Shown piece by piece: positions 1-9,641 of a DNA stretch of 32,000 bases (the first letter of the stretch is position 1; the number at the start of each line of letters is the position of its first letter). The stretch spans positions 300,001 to 332,000 of the forward strand of contig NZ_JBHSTI010000002.1 in NCBI RefSeq assembly GCF_042660085.1, read 5' to 3'. Below the pieces are notes generated by a model. The model saw only the letters and a program-made list of their open reading frames with translations. It did not search any database and was not told the origin of the DNA. A program made the position numbers and the translations under genes. This DNA comes from Longivirga aurantiaca. Its GTDB lineage: Bacteria > Actinomycetota > Actinomycetes > S36-B12 > CAIYMF01.

Positions 1-347
1 TGCACGGGGACGGCCGACGAGGGGTAGCGCATGCGGGCGGCCTTGGCGATGTGCTCGGCGAGGTCGCCCATGCGCTCGAGCGAGGCGGAGATGCGCAGGG
101 CCGCGACGATGATGCGCAGGTCGGTCGCCACCGGCTGCTGACGGGCCGACACCTGGAAGCAGTCGGCCTCGACCTTGGAGGCGATCGCGTCGATGGCCTC
201 GTCGCCCGCGATGACGCTCTCGGCCAGGGCGAGGTCGGCATCGAGCAGGGATTGCGTGGCGCGGTTCATGGCCGAGCCGACGAGCCGCGTCATCTCGACG
301 AGCTCGTCGCTCACCTGGTCGAGCTGGGAGTGGTAGGTCTCGCGCAT
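1..347 (-). CDS. phoU: Phosphate signalling regulator PhoU, N-terminal part (3' end lies off the window)
   Basis: Absent from the ORF track because it runs off the edge. The reverse complement from ATG at 347 reads MRETYHSQLDQVSDELVEMTRLVGSAMNRATQSLLDADLALAESVIAGDEAIDAIASKVEADCFQVSARQQPVATDLRIIVAALRISASLERMGDLAEHIAK, a typical PhoU N-terminus. It is divergent from senX3-regX3. ORF 51..482(+) is its antisense shadow. Confidence 0.85.
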   Translation of the reverse strand, partial: MRETYHSQLDQVSDELVEMTRLVGSAMNRATQSLLDADLALAESVIAGDEAIDAIASKVEADCFQVSARQQPVATDLRIIVAALRISASLERMGDLAEHIAKAARMRYPSSAVPV

Positions 348-456
348 CGCTGGTCCTCGCCTCGCGCCACTGGGGCCGGTCTGCGGAGCCGGAGGGAGCC
401 GGCTTCCCGATCGGCCATGAGCCTAGGCCCGGCTGGGTACCAGCCGGTGCCTCAGA

Positions 457-1749
457 GTGAACGAACCCCGACCGCCAGATGAACATCGGGTGTCGAGAGT
501 GAACACGGGGCGAAGTCTTGCACTGCAGGCCGTTCGCCGTTCGTTCGCACTCCCGCTCGGCCCTATCGTGGTCGTTGTGGACGGCGCCCTGGGCCTCATC
601 GTGGCCTCCGTTGCGGCGTTCGCCGTCGGCGTCCTGGCCACCTACGTCGTCCTCCGACGCCGGGCCGGGCCTCACGCGGACACCGCGCGGCTGGCCCTGG
701 AGCGGGACGACGTCCCCTCGCCGAACGTCCCCGAAGGCCTCGGGCGGCTGCTTGCGGTGCTGCCCGGTGCGGCATTCGTCGTGGGTGCTGACGACGGCGT
801 CCTGCGCGCGTCCACCCAGAGCGCGGCGCTCGGCGTCGTGCAGGGCCGGCGCCTGGACATCCCCGAGATCCGCGCGCTCGTCGCCGCGGTGCGCCGGGAC
901 GGCGTCATCCGCGAGGAGGACCTCGAGCTCCGGCGCCCGCCGCTGGGCAAGGGCGTCATCCATGCCCGCGTCCGGGTAGCGACGCTGTCACCGACCGCAG
1001 CCCTCGTGATCGTCGAGGACCTGTCGGAGGCCCTGCGTCTCGACGCCGTCCGCCGCGACTTCGTGGCCAACGTGTCGCACGAGCTGAAGACCCCTGTGGG
1101 CGCGCTGTCGCTCCTCGCCGAGGCTGTGCAGAGCGCGAGCGACGACCCCGAGGCCGTGCAGCGCTTCTCCGCCCGCATGCAGGTCGAGTCGAGACGGCTC
1201 ACCAACCTCATGAACGACCTCGTCGACCTCTCCCGGCTGCAGGGCGCCGAGGTGGCCCAGGCCGAGCCGGTCGAGGTCGACCGCGTCGTGGCCGAGGCCG
1301 TCGACGCCACGAAGCTGCTGGCCGGTTCCCGCGACATCGAGGTGGTGATCGGGAGCCCGGTGGGTGCGGTGGTCCTCGGCAGCGAGGCCCAGCTCGTCAT
1401 GGCGCTGCGCAACCTGCTCACGAACGCCATCGCCTACTCGCCGACGGGCACCCGGGTGGTCGTCGCGGCGCGCCGCGGCGACCAGGCCGTCGAGATCGGC
1501 GTGACCGACCAGGGGATCGGCATCCCCGAGGGCGAGCAGGCCCGGATCTTCGAGCGCTTCTACCGCGTCGACCCGGCACGGTCGCGCATCACCGGCGGCA
1601 CCGGCCTCGGCCTTGCCATCGTCAAGCACGTCTGCGTCAACCACGGCGGCGAGTGCACCGTCTGGTCCGTCGAGGGCGAGGGCTCGACGTTCACCCTCAG
1701 GCTTCCGCTGGCACCCGCCGGCACCACCGAAGGAGACACCCCCCAGTGA
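457..1749 (+). CDS. senX3: Phosphate-responsive sensor histidine kinase (SenX3/PhoR type)
   Basis: H-box FVANVSHELKTPVGAL, ATP-binding boxes (LLTNAIAYSP, DQGIGIPE, GGTGLGLAIVKH) and an N-terminal TM helix. The stop TGA overlaps the regX3 GTG. The start is uncertain: in-frame GTGs occur at 457, 499 and 568, and the repeat boxes at 457-547 argue for 568. Confidence 0.9.
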   Translation: MNEPRPPDEHRVSRVNTGRSLALQAVRRSFALPLGPIVVVVDGALGLIVASVAAFAVGVLATYVVLRRRAGPHADTARLALERDDVPSPNVPEGLGRLLAVLPGAAFVVGADDGVLRASTQSAALGVVQGRRLDIPEIRALVAAVRRDGVIREEDLELRRPPLGKGVIHARVRVATLSPTAALVIVEDLSEALRLDAVRRDFVANVSHELKTPVGALSLLAEAVQSASDDPEAVQRFSARMQVESRRLTNLMNDLVDLSRLQGAEVAQAEPVEVDRVVAEAVDATKLLAGSRDIEVVIGSPVGAVVLGSEAQLVMALRNLLTNAIAYSPTGTRVVVAARRGDQAVEIGVTDQGIGIPEGEQARIFERFYRVDPARSRITGGTGLGLAIVKHVCVNHGGECTVWSVEGEGSTFTLRLPLAPAGTTEGDTPQ

Positions 1750-2426
1750 CCCGTGTTCTCGTCGTGGAGGACGAGGAGTCCTTCTCGGACGCCCTGTCCT
1801 TCATGCTGCGCAAGGAGGGCTTCGAGGTCGGCATCGCGGCGACGGGCACCGATGCCGTCGCCCAGTTCGACCAGAACGGGGCCGACCTCGTGCTGCTCGA
1901 CCTCATGCTGCCCGGCATGTCCGGCACCGAGGTGTGCCGCGCGCTGCGCCAGCGCTCGAGCGTGCCGATCATCATGGTCACGGCCAAGGACGGCGAGGTC
2001 GACAAGGTCGTCGGCCTCGAGCTCGGAGCAGACGACTACGTGACCAAGCCGTTCTCCTCGCGCGAGCTCGTGGCGCGCATCCGCGCCGTCCTGCGACGCG
2101 CGTCCGAGCCCGAGGAGCTCGTGCCCCCGACGCTCGAGGCCGGGCCCGTGCGGATGGACGTCGACCGCCACGTGGTCACGGTGGGCGGCGATGGAGTGAC
2201 GCTGCCGCTCAAGGAGTTCGAGCTGCTCGAGGTGCTCCTGCGCAACGCCGGACGCGTGCTCACCCGCGGCATGCTCATCGACCGCGTCTGGGGCTCTGAC
2301 TACGTCGGCGACGGGAAGACCCTCGATGTCCACGTCAAGCGCCTCCGCGCGAAGATCGAGACGGACCCGGCCGCCCCGCGCCACCTGGTCACCGTGCGCG
2401 GCCTGGGCTACAAGTTCGAGCCGTGA
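1746..2426 (+). CDS. regX3: OmpR-family response regulator RegX3/PhoP
   Basis: VTRVLVVEDEESFSDALSFMLRKEGFEV...LMLPGMSG...GADDYVTKPFS...TVRGLGYKFEP is near-collinear with mycobacterial RegX3. GTG at 1746 overlaps the senX3 stop (GTGA). Confidence 0.93.
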   Translation: MTRVLVVEDEESFSDALSFMLRKEGFEVGIAATGTDAVAQFDQNGADLVLLDLMLPGMSGTEVCRALRQRSSVPIIMVTAKDGEVDKVVGLELGADDYVTKPFSSRELVARIRAVLRRASEPEELVPPTLEAGPVRMDVDRHVVTVGGDGVTLPLKEFELLEVLLRNAGRVLTRGMLIDRVWGSDYVGDGKTLDVHVKRLRAKIETDPAAPRHLVTVRGLGYKFEP

Positions 2427-2456
2427 CCTGACCGCACCCGACCGTGCTCCCGACGA

Positions 2457-2498
2457 ACGACGACGGCCCCCCGGATCGCTCCGGGGGGCCGTCGTCGT
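2457..2498. terminator. Bidirectional stem-loop between convergent regX3 and the lipoprotein gene
   Basis: Perfect inverted repeat ACGACGACGGCCCCCCGGA / TCGC loop / TCCGGGGGGCCGTCGTCGT. It lies 31 nt after the regX3 stop and 14 nt after the minus-strand stop. Confidence 0.6.
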
Positions 2499-2511
2499 AC
2501 GGCGAGGTGCC

Positions 2512-3033
2512 TCAGCTGAGGCCGAGGGGGGCGATGCCCTCGTAGATGCCGGTCGGCGGTACCGCCATGACGTCCATCCGGACGGTCCCGGCCCGCTGGA
2601 ACTGGAGCTCCACCGTCACGTACTGCGTGGGCGAGGCCTCGAGACCCGTGATGTCGACGTGGTCCTCGGCGTTGTAGCCGATGCGCGTGTAGGTGCTCGT
2701 CTTGAGCGGCAGGGTGCCGGCGACGGCGGCCGTACCGCCGATCGTGGCCTTGCCCGTCGGCTCGACGAGCGTGACGCCGGTGAGGGCGTCGTCCTCGGTG
2801 CCCCGGTTGACGATCGTGCCGATCAGGGTGCCCTGGGGCGAGCCGTCCACCTTGACGATGGTGATGTCGCGGATCTGGAGATCGCCGAGGTTGGTGTTGG
2901 CGCCGTTGCCCGATGCTGCCTGGAGCCCGGTGGCGGCGCTGAAGCCGGTGGAGCAGCCGGTGAGGCTCGAGACCAGCGCCAGGGTGAGCGCCGAGGCGGC
3001 GACGACGTGGCGCGTACGGCGGGTGGCTGGCAC
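2512..3033 (-). CDS. lpqE: LpqE-like secreted lipoprotein
   Basis: Signal peptide plus lipobox (ALVSSLTGC). Motifs IRDITIVKV / VNRGTEDDALTGVTL / ELQFQRAGTVRMDV parallel M. tuberculosis LpqE, which also sits next to carD. GTG start is preceded by AGGAG with 7-nt spacing. Confidence 0.75.
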   Translation of the reverse strand: MPATRRTRHVVAASALTLALVSSLTGCSTGFSAATGLQAASGNGANTNLGDLQIRDITIVKVDGSPQGTLIGTIVNRGTEDDALTGVTLVEPTGKATIGGTAAVAGTLPLKTSTYTRIGYNAEDHVDITGLEASPTQYVTVELQFQRAGTVRMDVMAVPPTGIYEGIAPLGLS

Positions 3034-3167
3034 GGGATCGCTCCTAGCGGTACCGGTCGGATCGGGCGGTCGCCAGCCTAGGGCATCACCGCCCTCCCAC
3101 CGGGCGTGACCTGCGACGGAGCAGCGCCGCGCGACGCGTACCCCCGGGGGCGCGCGGCCCCCCAGCC

Positions 3168-3201
3168 GCCCGGAGGGGCCGTCCGGCCGACCCCTCCGGG
3201 C
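3168..3201. promoter_or_regulatory. Strong GC hairpin in the 380-bp lpqE-like/carD divergent intergenic region
   Basis: GCCCGGAGGGG (3168-3178), a 12-nt loop, then CCCCTCCGGGC (3191-3201): a perfect 11-bp stem. Function unknown. Confidence 0.35.
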
Positions 3202-3376
3202 GGTGCCGCTCCCGGCCCGGGCCCGACGTCGGACCCCGCGCCTACCCTGGCGCGACGCCCCGTGACCGCGTGCTCCATGCCCGCGACCGCCGGGGACAAG
3301 CGCGTCCGCCGCCGTTTGTCAAGCCCCGATCAGGCCTCTGACCTGCGACAACGCCCTCCGAGCGGCTCTGGGAGCG

Positions 3377-3385
3377 TGGTAAACT
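3377..3385 (+). promoter_or_regulatory. Candidate extended -10 promoter element for carD
   Basis: TGgTAAACT lies about 30 nt upstream of the carD ATG; a GGAAAGGGGAG RBS follows. No good -35 was seen. Confidence 0.3.
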
Positions 3386-3415
3386 CGTCGGTACCTGGAA
3401 AGGGGAGCCCCACCT

Positions 3416-3898
3416 ATGACGTTCACGGTCGGTGACACGGTTGTCTACCCGCATCACGGTGCAGCACTCATTGAGGCTGTTGAGAAGCGGGTGATCAAGG
3501 GGGTCGAGAGGGACTATCTCGTCCTGCGTGTCGCGCAGGGTGACCTGACCGTCCGGGTCCCCGCCGACAACGTCGACCTCGTCGGCGTGCGCGACGTGGT
3601 GAACCAGGAGGGCCTCGATCGCGTCTTCGACGTGCTGCGCCAGCCGTACACCGAGGAGCCGACCAACTGGTCGCGCCGCTACAAGGCGAACCTCGAGAAG
3701 CTCGCGAGCGGCGACGTCATCAAGGTGGCCGAGGTCGTGCGCGACCTCTGGCGCCGTGAGCGTGAGCGTGGCCTCTCCGCCGGCGAGAAGAGAATGCTCG
3801 CAAAGGCGCGTCAGATCCTTGTGTCGGAGCTCGCACTTGCCGAGAACACAAACGAGGACAAGGCAGAGGCGATCCTCGACGAGGTTCTCGCCTCCTGA
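3416..3898 (+). CDS. carD: RNA polymerase-binding transcription factor CarD
   Basis: [25 protein letters not shown]...[18 protein letters not shown]...[16 protein letters not shown] is the canonical CarD sequence over its full 160 aa. Confidence 0.95.
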   Translation: MTFTVGDTVVYPHHGAALIEAVEKRVIKGVERDYLVLRVAQGDLTVRVPADNVDLVGVRDVVNQEGLDRVFDVLRQPYTEEPTNWSRRYKANLEKLASGDVIKVAEVVRDLWRRERERGLSAGEKRMLAKARQILVSELALAENTNEDKAEAILDEVLAS

Positions 3899-3974
3899 CC
3901 GGCGCGCCCGCGTCGGCGTCGGCAACGGCGTCAGCAGCACCACTGCCCAGTCCTCGTGAGGAGGAATCGGCAGC

Positions 3975-5081
3975 ATGGCCCTCAAGCTCTCGCGCGTGCC
4001 CAGCGTGATGGTCGAGGCACTGCGTCTCACCGTCGTGGTGTTCGGCGCCGGTGTCGGCTACGAGATCGCCGATCGGATGGGCGCTGAGCCCTCGGGCGAG
4101 GTCCTCGGCCCGTTCTCCGGGCTGTGGCTCGGCGCGATCGTCGGCGCCATGCTCGGCTACGTCCTCGGTGGCGTCGTCGCCCGGCTCACCGTCCGCACGC
4201 TCGACCGCGGCGAGCGCGTGCTCGACGGCCTCTCCCCGGAGCAGGCCGTCGCGGGCTCGTTCGGCGCCATGGTGGGCGCGGTGTTCGGCGCCGTCGTCAC
4301 CTGGCCGCTCTTCCTCATCGGGCCGCCGCTCATCGTGGTGCCCGTCTTCGTCTTCGTCGTCGCATGCGTCAGCCTGTTCGGCTTCCGCGTCGGCCGGGCC
4401 CGCCGGGACGCCGTCATGCAGGCGGTCGGGGGGCGTGGCGGCCTCGCGGCCGTCAAGGCGCCCTCGGTCACGCTGCCCCGTCTCGTGGACACCTCGGTGG
4501 CGATCGACGGCCGGGTGCTGGACGTCGTCCGCTCGGGCTTCCTGCACGGTCGCTTCCTGGTGCCGCAGCCGGTTCTGGACGAGCTGCAGTCGATGGCCGA
4601 CTCCGGCGACGAGCACCGCCGGGCCAAGGGCCGCCGCGGCCTCGACGTCTTCGAGGCCCTCCGCCACGAGCAGGGGGTCGACCTGCAGACCATCCCCGAC
4701 GAGGCCATCTCCGTGACCGACGTGGACGCCAAGCTCGTGCGGATGTCGATCGACCGCAACTGCGCGCTGCTCACCTTCGACACCAACCTCGCCAAGGCCG
4801 CCGCGATCGCCGGCGTCCGCGTGCTCAACCTGCACGGGCTGGCGCTCGCGCTGCGCCCGCTGGTCGTCGTCGGGGACGAGGTCGACCTCCACCTGCTCAA
4901 GGCGGGCAAGGAGCAGGGCCAGGCCGTGGGCTACCTCGACGACGGCACGATGGTGGTCACCGAGCACGCACGGGACCGCGTGGGCCAGGATGTGCGCGTG
5001 ATGGTGACCAGCGTGCTCACGACGGCCAACGGCCGCCTCGTGTTCGCCAAGCCGACCGTGACCAACGGCGCCGCCCGGTGA
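3975..5081 (+). CDS. PIN/TRAM domain integral membrane protein (YacL-like)
   Basis: Four N-terminal TM helices, a PIN-like core (LVDTSVAIDGRVLDV...LTFDTNLAKAA) and a C-terminal TRAM-like beta domain. It occupies the conserved position between carD and ispD. RBS GAGGAGGA. Confidence 0.85.
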   Translation: MALKLSRVPSVMVEALRLTVVVFGAGVGYEIADRMGAEPSGEVLGPFSGLWLGAIVGAMLGYVLGGVVARLTVRTLDRGERVLDGLSPEQAVAGSFGAMVGAVFGAVVTWPLFLIGPPLIVVPVFVFVVACVSLFGFRVGRARRDAVMQAVGGRGGLAAVKAPSVTLPRLVDTSVAIDGRVLDVVRSGFLHGRFLVPQPVLDELQSMADSGDEHRRAKGRRGLDVFEALRHEQGVDLQTIPDEAISVTDVDAKLVRMSIDRNCALLTFDTNLAKAAAIAGVRVLNLHGLALALRPLVVVGDEVDLHLLKAGKEQGQAVGYLDDGTMVVTEHARDRVGQDVRVMVTSVLTTANGRLVFAKPTVTNGAAR

Positions 5082-5803
5082 CGCTGACGGCAGCAGTCGT
5101 CCCAGCAGCGGGACGAGGGGAGCGGCTCGGGCCTGGAGCGCCCAAGGCGCTGCGCCTCCTCGGAGGCGTCCCCATGCTCGTGCACGCCGTCCGTGCGCTC
5201 GCCACAGCCCGATCTGTCGACCTCGTCGTCGTCGCCGCACCTGAGGACGGCGTCGGCGACGTCGTCGCGCTCCTCGCCGAGCACAACCTCCTCGACGCCT
5301 CTCCCGGTGTCGCGCCGTCGATGGTGGTCTCGGGCGGCGAGACGCGGCAGGACTCGGTCGCCCGCGCGCTCGTGTCGCTGCCCGCCGAGGTCGACGTCGT
5401 CCTCGTCCACGACGCCGCCCGCCCGCTCGTGCCCTCGACCCTGATCGACGCCGTCTCCGCCGCCGTGCGGGCCGGGGCGGACGCCGTCGTGCCCGGTATC
5501 CCCGTGGCCGACACCATCAAGGCGGTGGACGCCGACGGCGGCGTGGTGGCCACCCTCGACCGCGGAGCGCTCCGCGCGATCCAGACGCCGCAGGGCTTCC
5601 GCCGCACTGTCCTGACCTCCGCGCACGCGGCGTCCGACCCGGATGCCCCCGCCACCGACGACGCGGGCCTCGTGGAGGCCCTCGGCGTCGAGGTGCTGGT
5701 GGTGCCCGGCGACGAGGAGGCCTTCAAGGTCACCCGTCCGATCGACCTCGTCCTCGCCGAGGCAGTCCTCGCCCGACGGAGGGCTGCCGGTGTCGTCAGC
5801 TGA
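5078..5803 (+). CDS. ispD: 2-C-methyl-D-erythritol 4-phosphate cytidylyltransferase
   Basis: [18 protein letters not shown]...PKALRLLGG...[10 protein letters not shown]...IQTPQGF. GTG at 5078 overlaps the upstream stop (GTGA). Confidence 0.92.
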   Translation: MTLTAAVVPAAGRGERLGPGAPKALRLLGGVPMLVHAVRALATARSVDLVVVAAPEDGVGDVVALLAEHNLLDASPGVAPSMVVSGGETRQDSVARALVSLPAEVDVVLVHDAARPLVPSTLIDAVSAAVRAGADAVVPGIPVADTIKAVDADGGVVATLDRGALRAIQTPQGFRRTVLTSAHAASDPDAPATDDAGLVEALGVEVLVVPGDEEAFKVTRPIDLVLAEAVLARRRAAGVVS

Positions 5804-6272
5804 CCTGCCGCGCGTGGGCACCGGGGTCGACGTGCATCCGTTCGAGGACGGGCGCGAGCTCTGGCTCGCCTGCCTCGACTGGCCGGGGGAGACCGGCGTC
5901 GCCGGCCACTCGGACGGCGACGTCGCGGCGCACGCGATCTGCGACGCCCTGCTCGCCGCCGCGGGCATCGGCGACCTCGGCTCGGTCTTCGGCACCGACC
6001 GTCCCGAGCTCGCCGGGGCCTCGGGAGCCGCGCTGCTCACCGAGACCGTGCGGCTCCTGGCCGAGGCCGGCTGGGCGGTCGGCAACGTGAGCGTCCAGAT
6101 CATCGGCAACCGCCCGAAGGTCGGCCCTCGTCGGCTGGCCGCCGAGGCCGCCCTGACCGAGGTCGTCGGGGCGCCGGTCTCGGTGTCGGCGACGACCACC
6201 GACGGTCTCGGCCTCACCGGCCGGGGCGAGGGCCTCGCCGCGATCGCCACCGCGCTCGTCGTCCGCGCCTGA
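5790..6272 (+). CDS. ispF: 2-C-methyl-D-erythritol 2,4-cyclodiphosphate synthase
   Basis: [11 protein letters not shown]...[21 protein letters not shown]-type motifs. GTG at 5790 overlaps the ispD 3' end by 14 nt; an alternative GTG is at 5814. Confidence 0.9.
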   Translation: MSSADLPRVGTGVDVHPFEDGRELWLACLDWPGETGVAGHSDGDVAAHAICDALLAAAGIGDLGSVFGTDRPELAGASGAALLTETVRLLAEAGWAVGNVSVQIIGNRPKVGPRRLAAEAALTEVVGAPVSVSATTTDGLGLTGRGEGLAAIATALVVRA

Positions 6273-6423
6273 CCCCGGAGAGTCACCGAGCACCGCCTAT
6301 CCGTGCGGATCGGCGTGTTCCCGCCACGCTGCGTGACGCTTCACACGCCCGTCGTCAGGTGTGCCCGCCGGATATCGGGGCAAGTCTGTGCGTGACCGGA
6401 ACAGGTGATTGAGGATGGATCGC

Positions 6424-6819
6424 ATGCCGACGACACTCACGGACGTTGAGAAGGCGTGGTTCGACTCCGCGGAGTTCGCGACCATCGCCACGATCGAGCC
6501 CGACGGCCGCCCTCAGCTCTCGGTGGTCTGGGTCAGCCGCGACGGTGACGACATCCTCGTCTCCACCGTCGAGGGACGCCGCAAGCACCGCAACCTCACG
6601 GCCGACCCGCGGTGCACCGTGCTGCTGTCGCCGAAGGACTCGCCGTACACCTACGTCGAGATCCGCGGCACGGCGAGCATGACCCGCGAGGGCGGGCGCG
6701 AGCTCATCGACGAGCACTCGCACAAGTACCGCGGCATCGACCGCTACCCCGGCGACGACGGCACCGACAACATCCGCGTGGTCGTGCGGATCACCCCGGA
6801 CAAGGTCGTCCACTACTGA
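6424..6819 (+). CDS. PPOX-class (pyridoxamine 5'-phosphate oxidase-like) probable F420-dependent enzyme
   Basis: FATIATIEPDGRPQLSVVWV...GDDILVST...RRKHRNLTADPRCTVLL...YVEIRGTA is a typical split-barrel PPOX family pattern. GAGGA lies 8 nt upstream of ATG 6424; alternative starts are at 6409 and 6415. Confidence 0.8.
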   Translation: MPTTLTDVEKAWFDSAEFATIATIEPDGRPQLSVVWVSRDGDDILVSTVEGRRKHRNLTADPRCTVLLSPKDSPYTYVEIRGTASMTREGGRELIDEHSHKYRGIDRYPGDDGTDNIRVVVRITPDKVVHY

Positions 6820-6929
6820 GCCCCGCGCGCTGACACGGATCGAGCCCGCCGTCTCCCGGGACCACGAGCGAGGGGACGATCAGTCTCAGCGGTCAGGGGT
6901 GACCGGCTGGCGCCGTTAGGCTTGCGCCC

Positions 6930-8350
<1,421 letters not shown>

Positions 8351-8351
<1 letters not shown>

Positions 8352-9355
8352 TGGCCGGCAACAGCCAGCGCAAGGGTGCGATGCGCAAGGAGGGCACCAA
8401 GAAGGGGCAGGTCGTCGGCAGCGGCGGCCAGCGCCGTCGCGGCCTCGAGCCGAAGGGCCCGACGCCCAAGGCGACCGAGCGCACCAAGCACCCTGCTGCA
8501 CGGCGTACCCGGGCGGTGGAGAAGAAGGCCGAGGCCGAGGCGAAGAAGGCTCCGGCTCCCCGCTCCGGCGCTCGCGGCGGCACGTCCGTCCGCGCGAGCA
8601 AGGACGGCGTCGAGATGGTCTTCGGCCGCAACTCCGTGCTCGAGGCGCTGCGTGCGGCCGTGCCCGGCAAGGCGCTCTACGTGCAGCAGTTCCTCGAGAG
8701 CGACGACCGGGTGCGTGAGGCGTTCACGCTCGCGGCCGAGCTCCACCTGCCGATGCTCGAGGCCCAGCGGTCGCATCTCGACAAGATGACGGCCGGCGCG
8801 GTGCACCAGGGCCTCGTGCTCGAGGTGCCGCCGTACAAGTACGCCGAGGCCTCGGACCTGCTCGACCGCGCCGCGGCCGCCGGTGAGCCCGCGCTCATCG
8901 TCGCGCTCGACGGCATCACCGACCCGCGCAACCTCGGCGCCGTCGTGCGCTCCGCGGCGGCGTTCGGCGCGCACGGCGTGCTGGTGCCCGAGCGGCGCGC
9001 CGCCGGGATGACGGCGTCGGCCTGGAAGACCTCGGCCGGCGCGGCCGCGCGCGTGCCGGTGGCCCGTGCGACCAACCTGACGCGCGCGCTCAAGGCGTAC
9101 GCCGAGGCGGGCTGCTTCATCATCGGCCTCGCCGCGGGCGAGACCTCGCTCGACGACCTCGACACGGACCTGTCGACGGGCCCGATCGTGGTGGTCGTCG
9201 GCAGCGAGGGCGAGGGCCTGTCGCGCCTGGTCTCCGAGGCGTGCGACCTCATCGTCGGCATCCCCATGACGAGCACGACGGAGTCGCTCAACGCAGGCGT
9301 CGCTGCCAGCGTGACGCTGTACGCCGTCAGCCACGCGCGCCGCAACGCCCGCTGA
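8351..9355 (+). CDS. rlmB: 23S rRNA (guanosine-2'-O)-methyltransferase RlmB (SpoU/TrmH family)
   Basis: ATG overlaps the cysS stop (TGATG). A basic N-terminal extension is followed by a SpoU substrate-binding domain and the methylase knot ([18 protein letters not shown]...[11 protein letters not shown]...[11 protein letters not shown]). Confidence 0.9.
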
Positions 9356-9404
9356 CCCTGCGCATCACCGCGCTTCCCGTCGTGGGCAGGCGCATACTCG
9401 GCCC

Positions 9405-9626
9405 ATGGGCAGGGTCGAGCATGCGTCGTGCGGGTACAGCGAGTACGCGCCCGGGTGCTCCGACTGGGAGTGCCTGGTGCACCGGCTCGACGTCGCGACG
9501 TTCAAGGGCTGGCCGACCGAGGCGCTGCAGGCCCGGCTCGACGAGTCGCTCTCGGCCGCTCTTGACGAGCTGGTCTCGACCGCGCGGTCTCGGCGCGCCC
9601 ACCCGAGCAGCCGGACGAGGGGCTGA
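9405..9626 (+). CDS. Hypothetical small Cys-containing protein (73 aa)
   Basis: The ORF shows a strong G/C third-position bias. It has no SD, but CATACT lies 6 nt upstream of the ATG, a leaderless-type arrangement. No family was recognised. Confidence 0.4.
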   Translation: MGRVEHASCGYSEYAPGCSDWECLVHRLDVATFKGWPTEALQARLDESLSAALDELVSTARSRRAHPSSRTRG

Positions 9627-9641
9627 CGCCCGCCGGGCCGG

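Noticed and set aside
3335-3353. 19-nt near-identical motif CTCTGACCTGCGAC(A/G)ACGC shared by the carD upstream region and 27791-27809. A shorter TGACCTGCGAC also occurs near 3100.
   Set aside because: A rough estimate for a 32-kb GC-biased window on both strands gives a few 18-of-19 matches by chance. There is no common spacing to downstream promoters or genes.
3106-3435. Pro/Ala/Gly-rich ORFs in the carD upstream region: 3106-3435(+) and 3078-3299(-)
   Set aside because: They overlap the carD promoter, SD and start, have no SD of their own, and the region is so GC-rich that every frame looks codon-biased.
3720-5240. Long antisense or out-of-frame ORFs. Examples: 3720-5240(-), 6813-8501(-), 7088-9355(+) upstream part, 9672-10817(+), 10869-12371(+), 12374-13618(+), 15805-17655(+), 22938-24368(-), 27263-29158(-), 30685-31950(-).
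   Set aside because: They overlap genes with clear family signatures on the other strand or frame. Their translations are Arg/Gly/Pro/Asp-rich low-complexity strings typical of stop-poor shadow frames in very GC-rich DNA.
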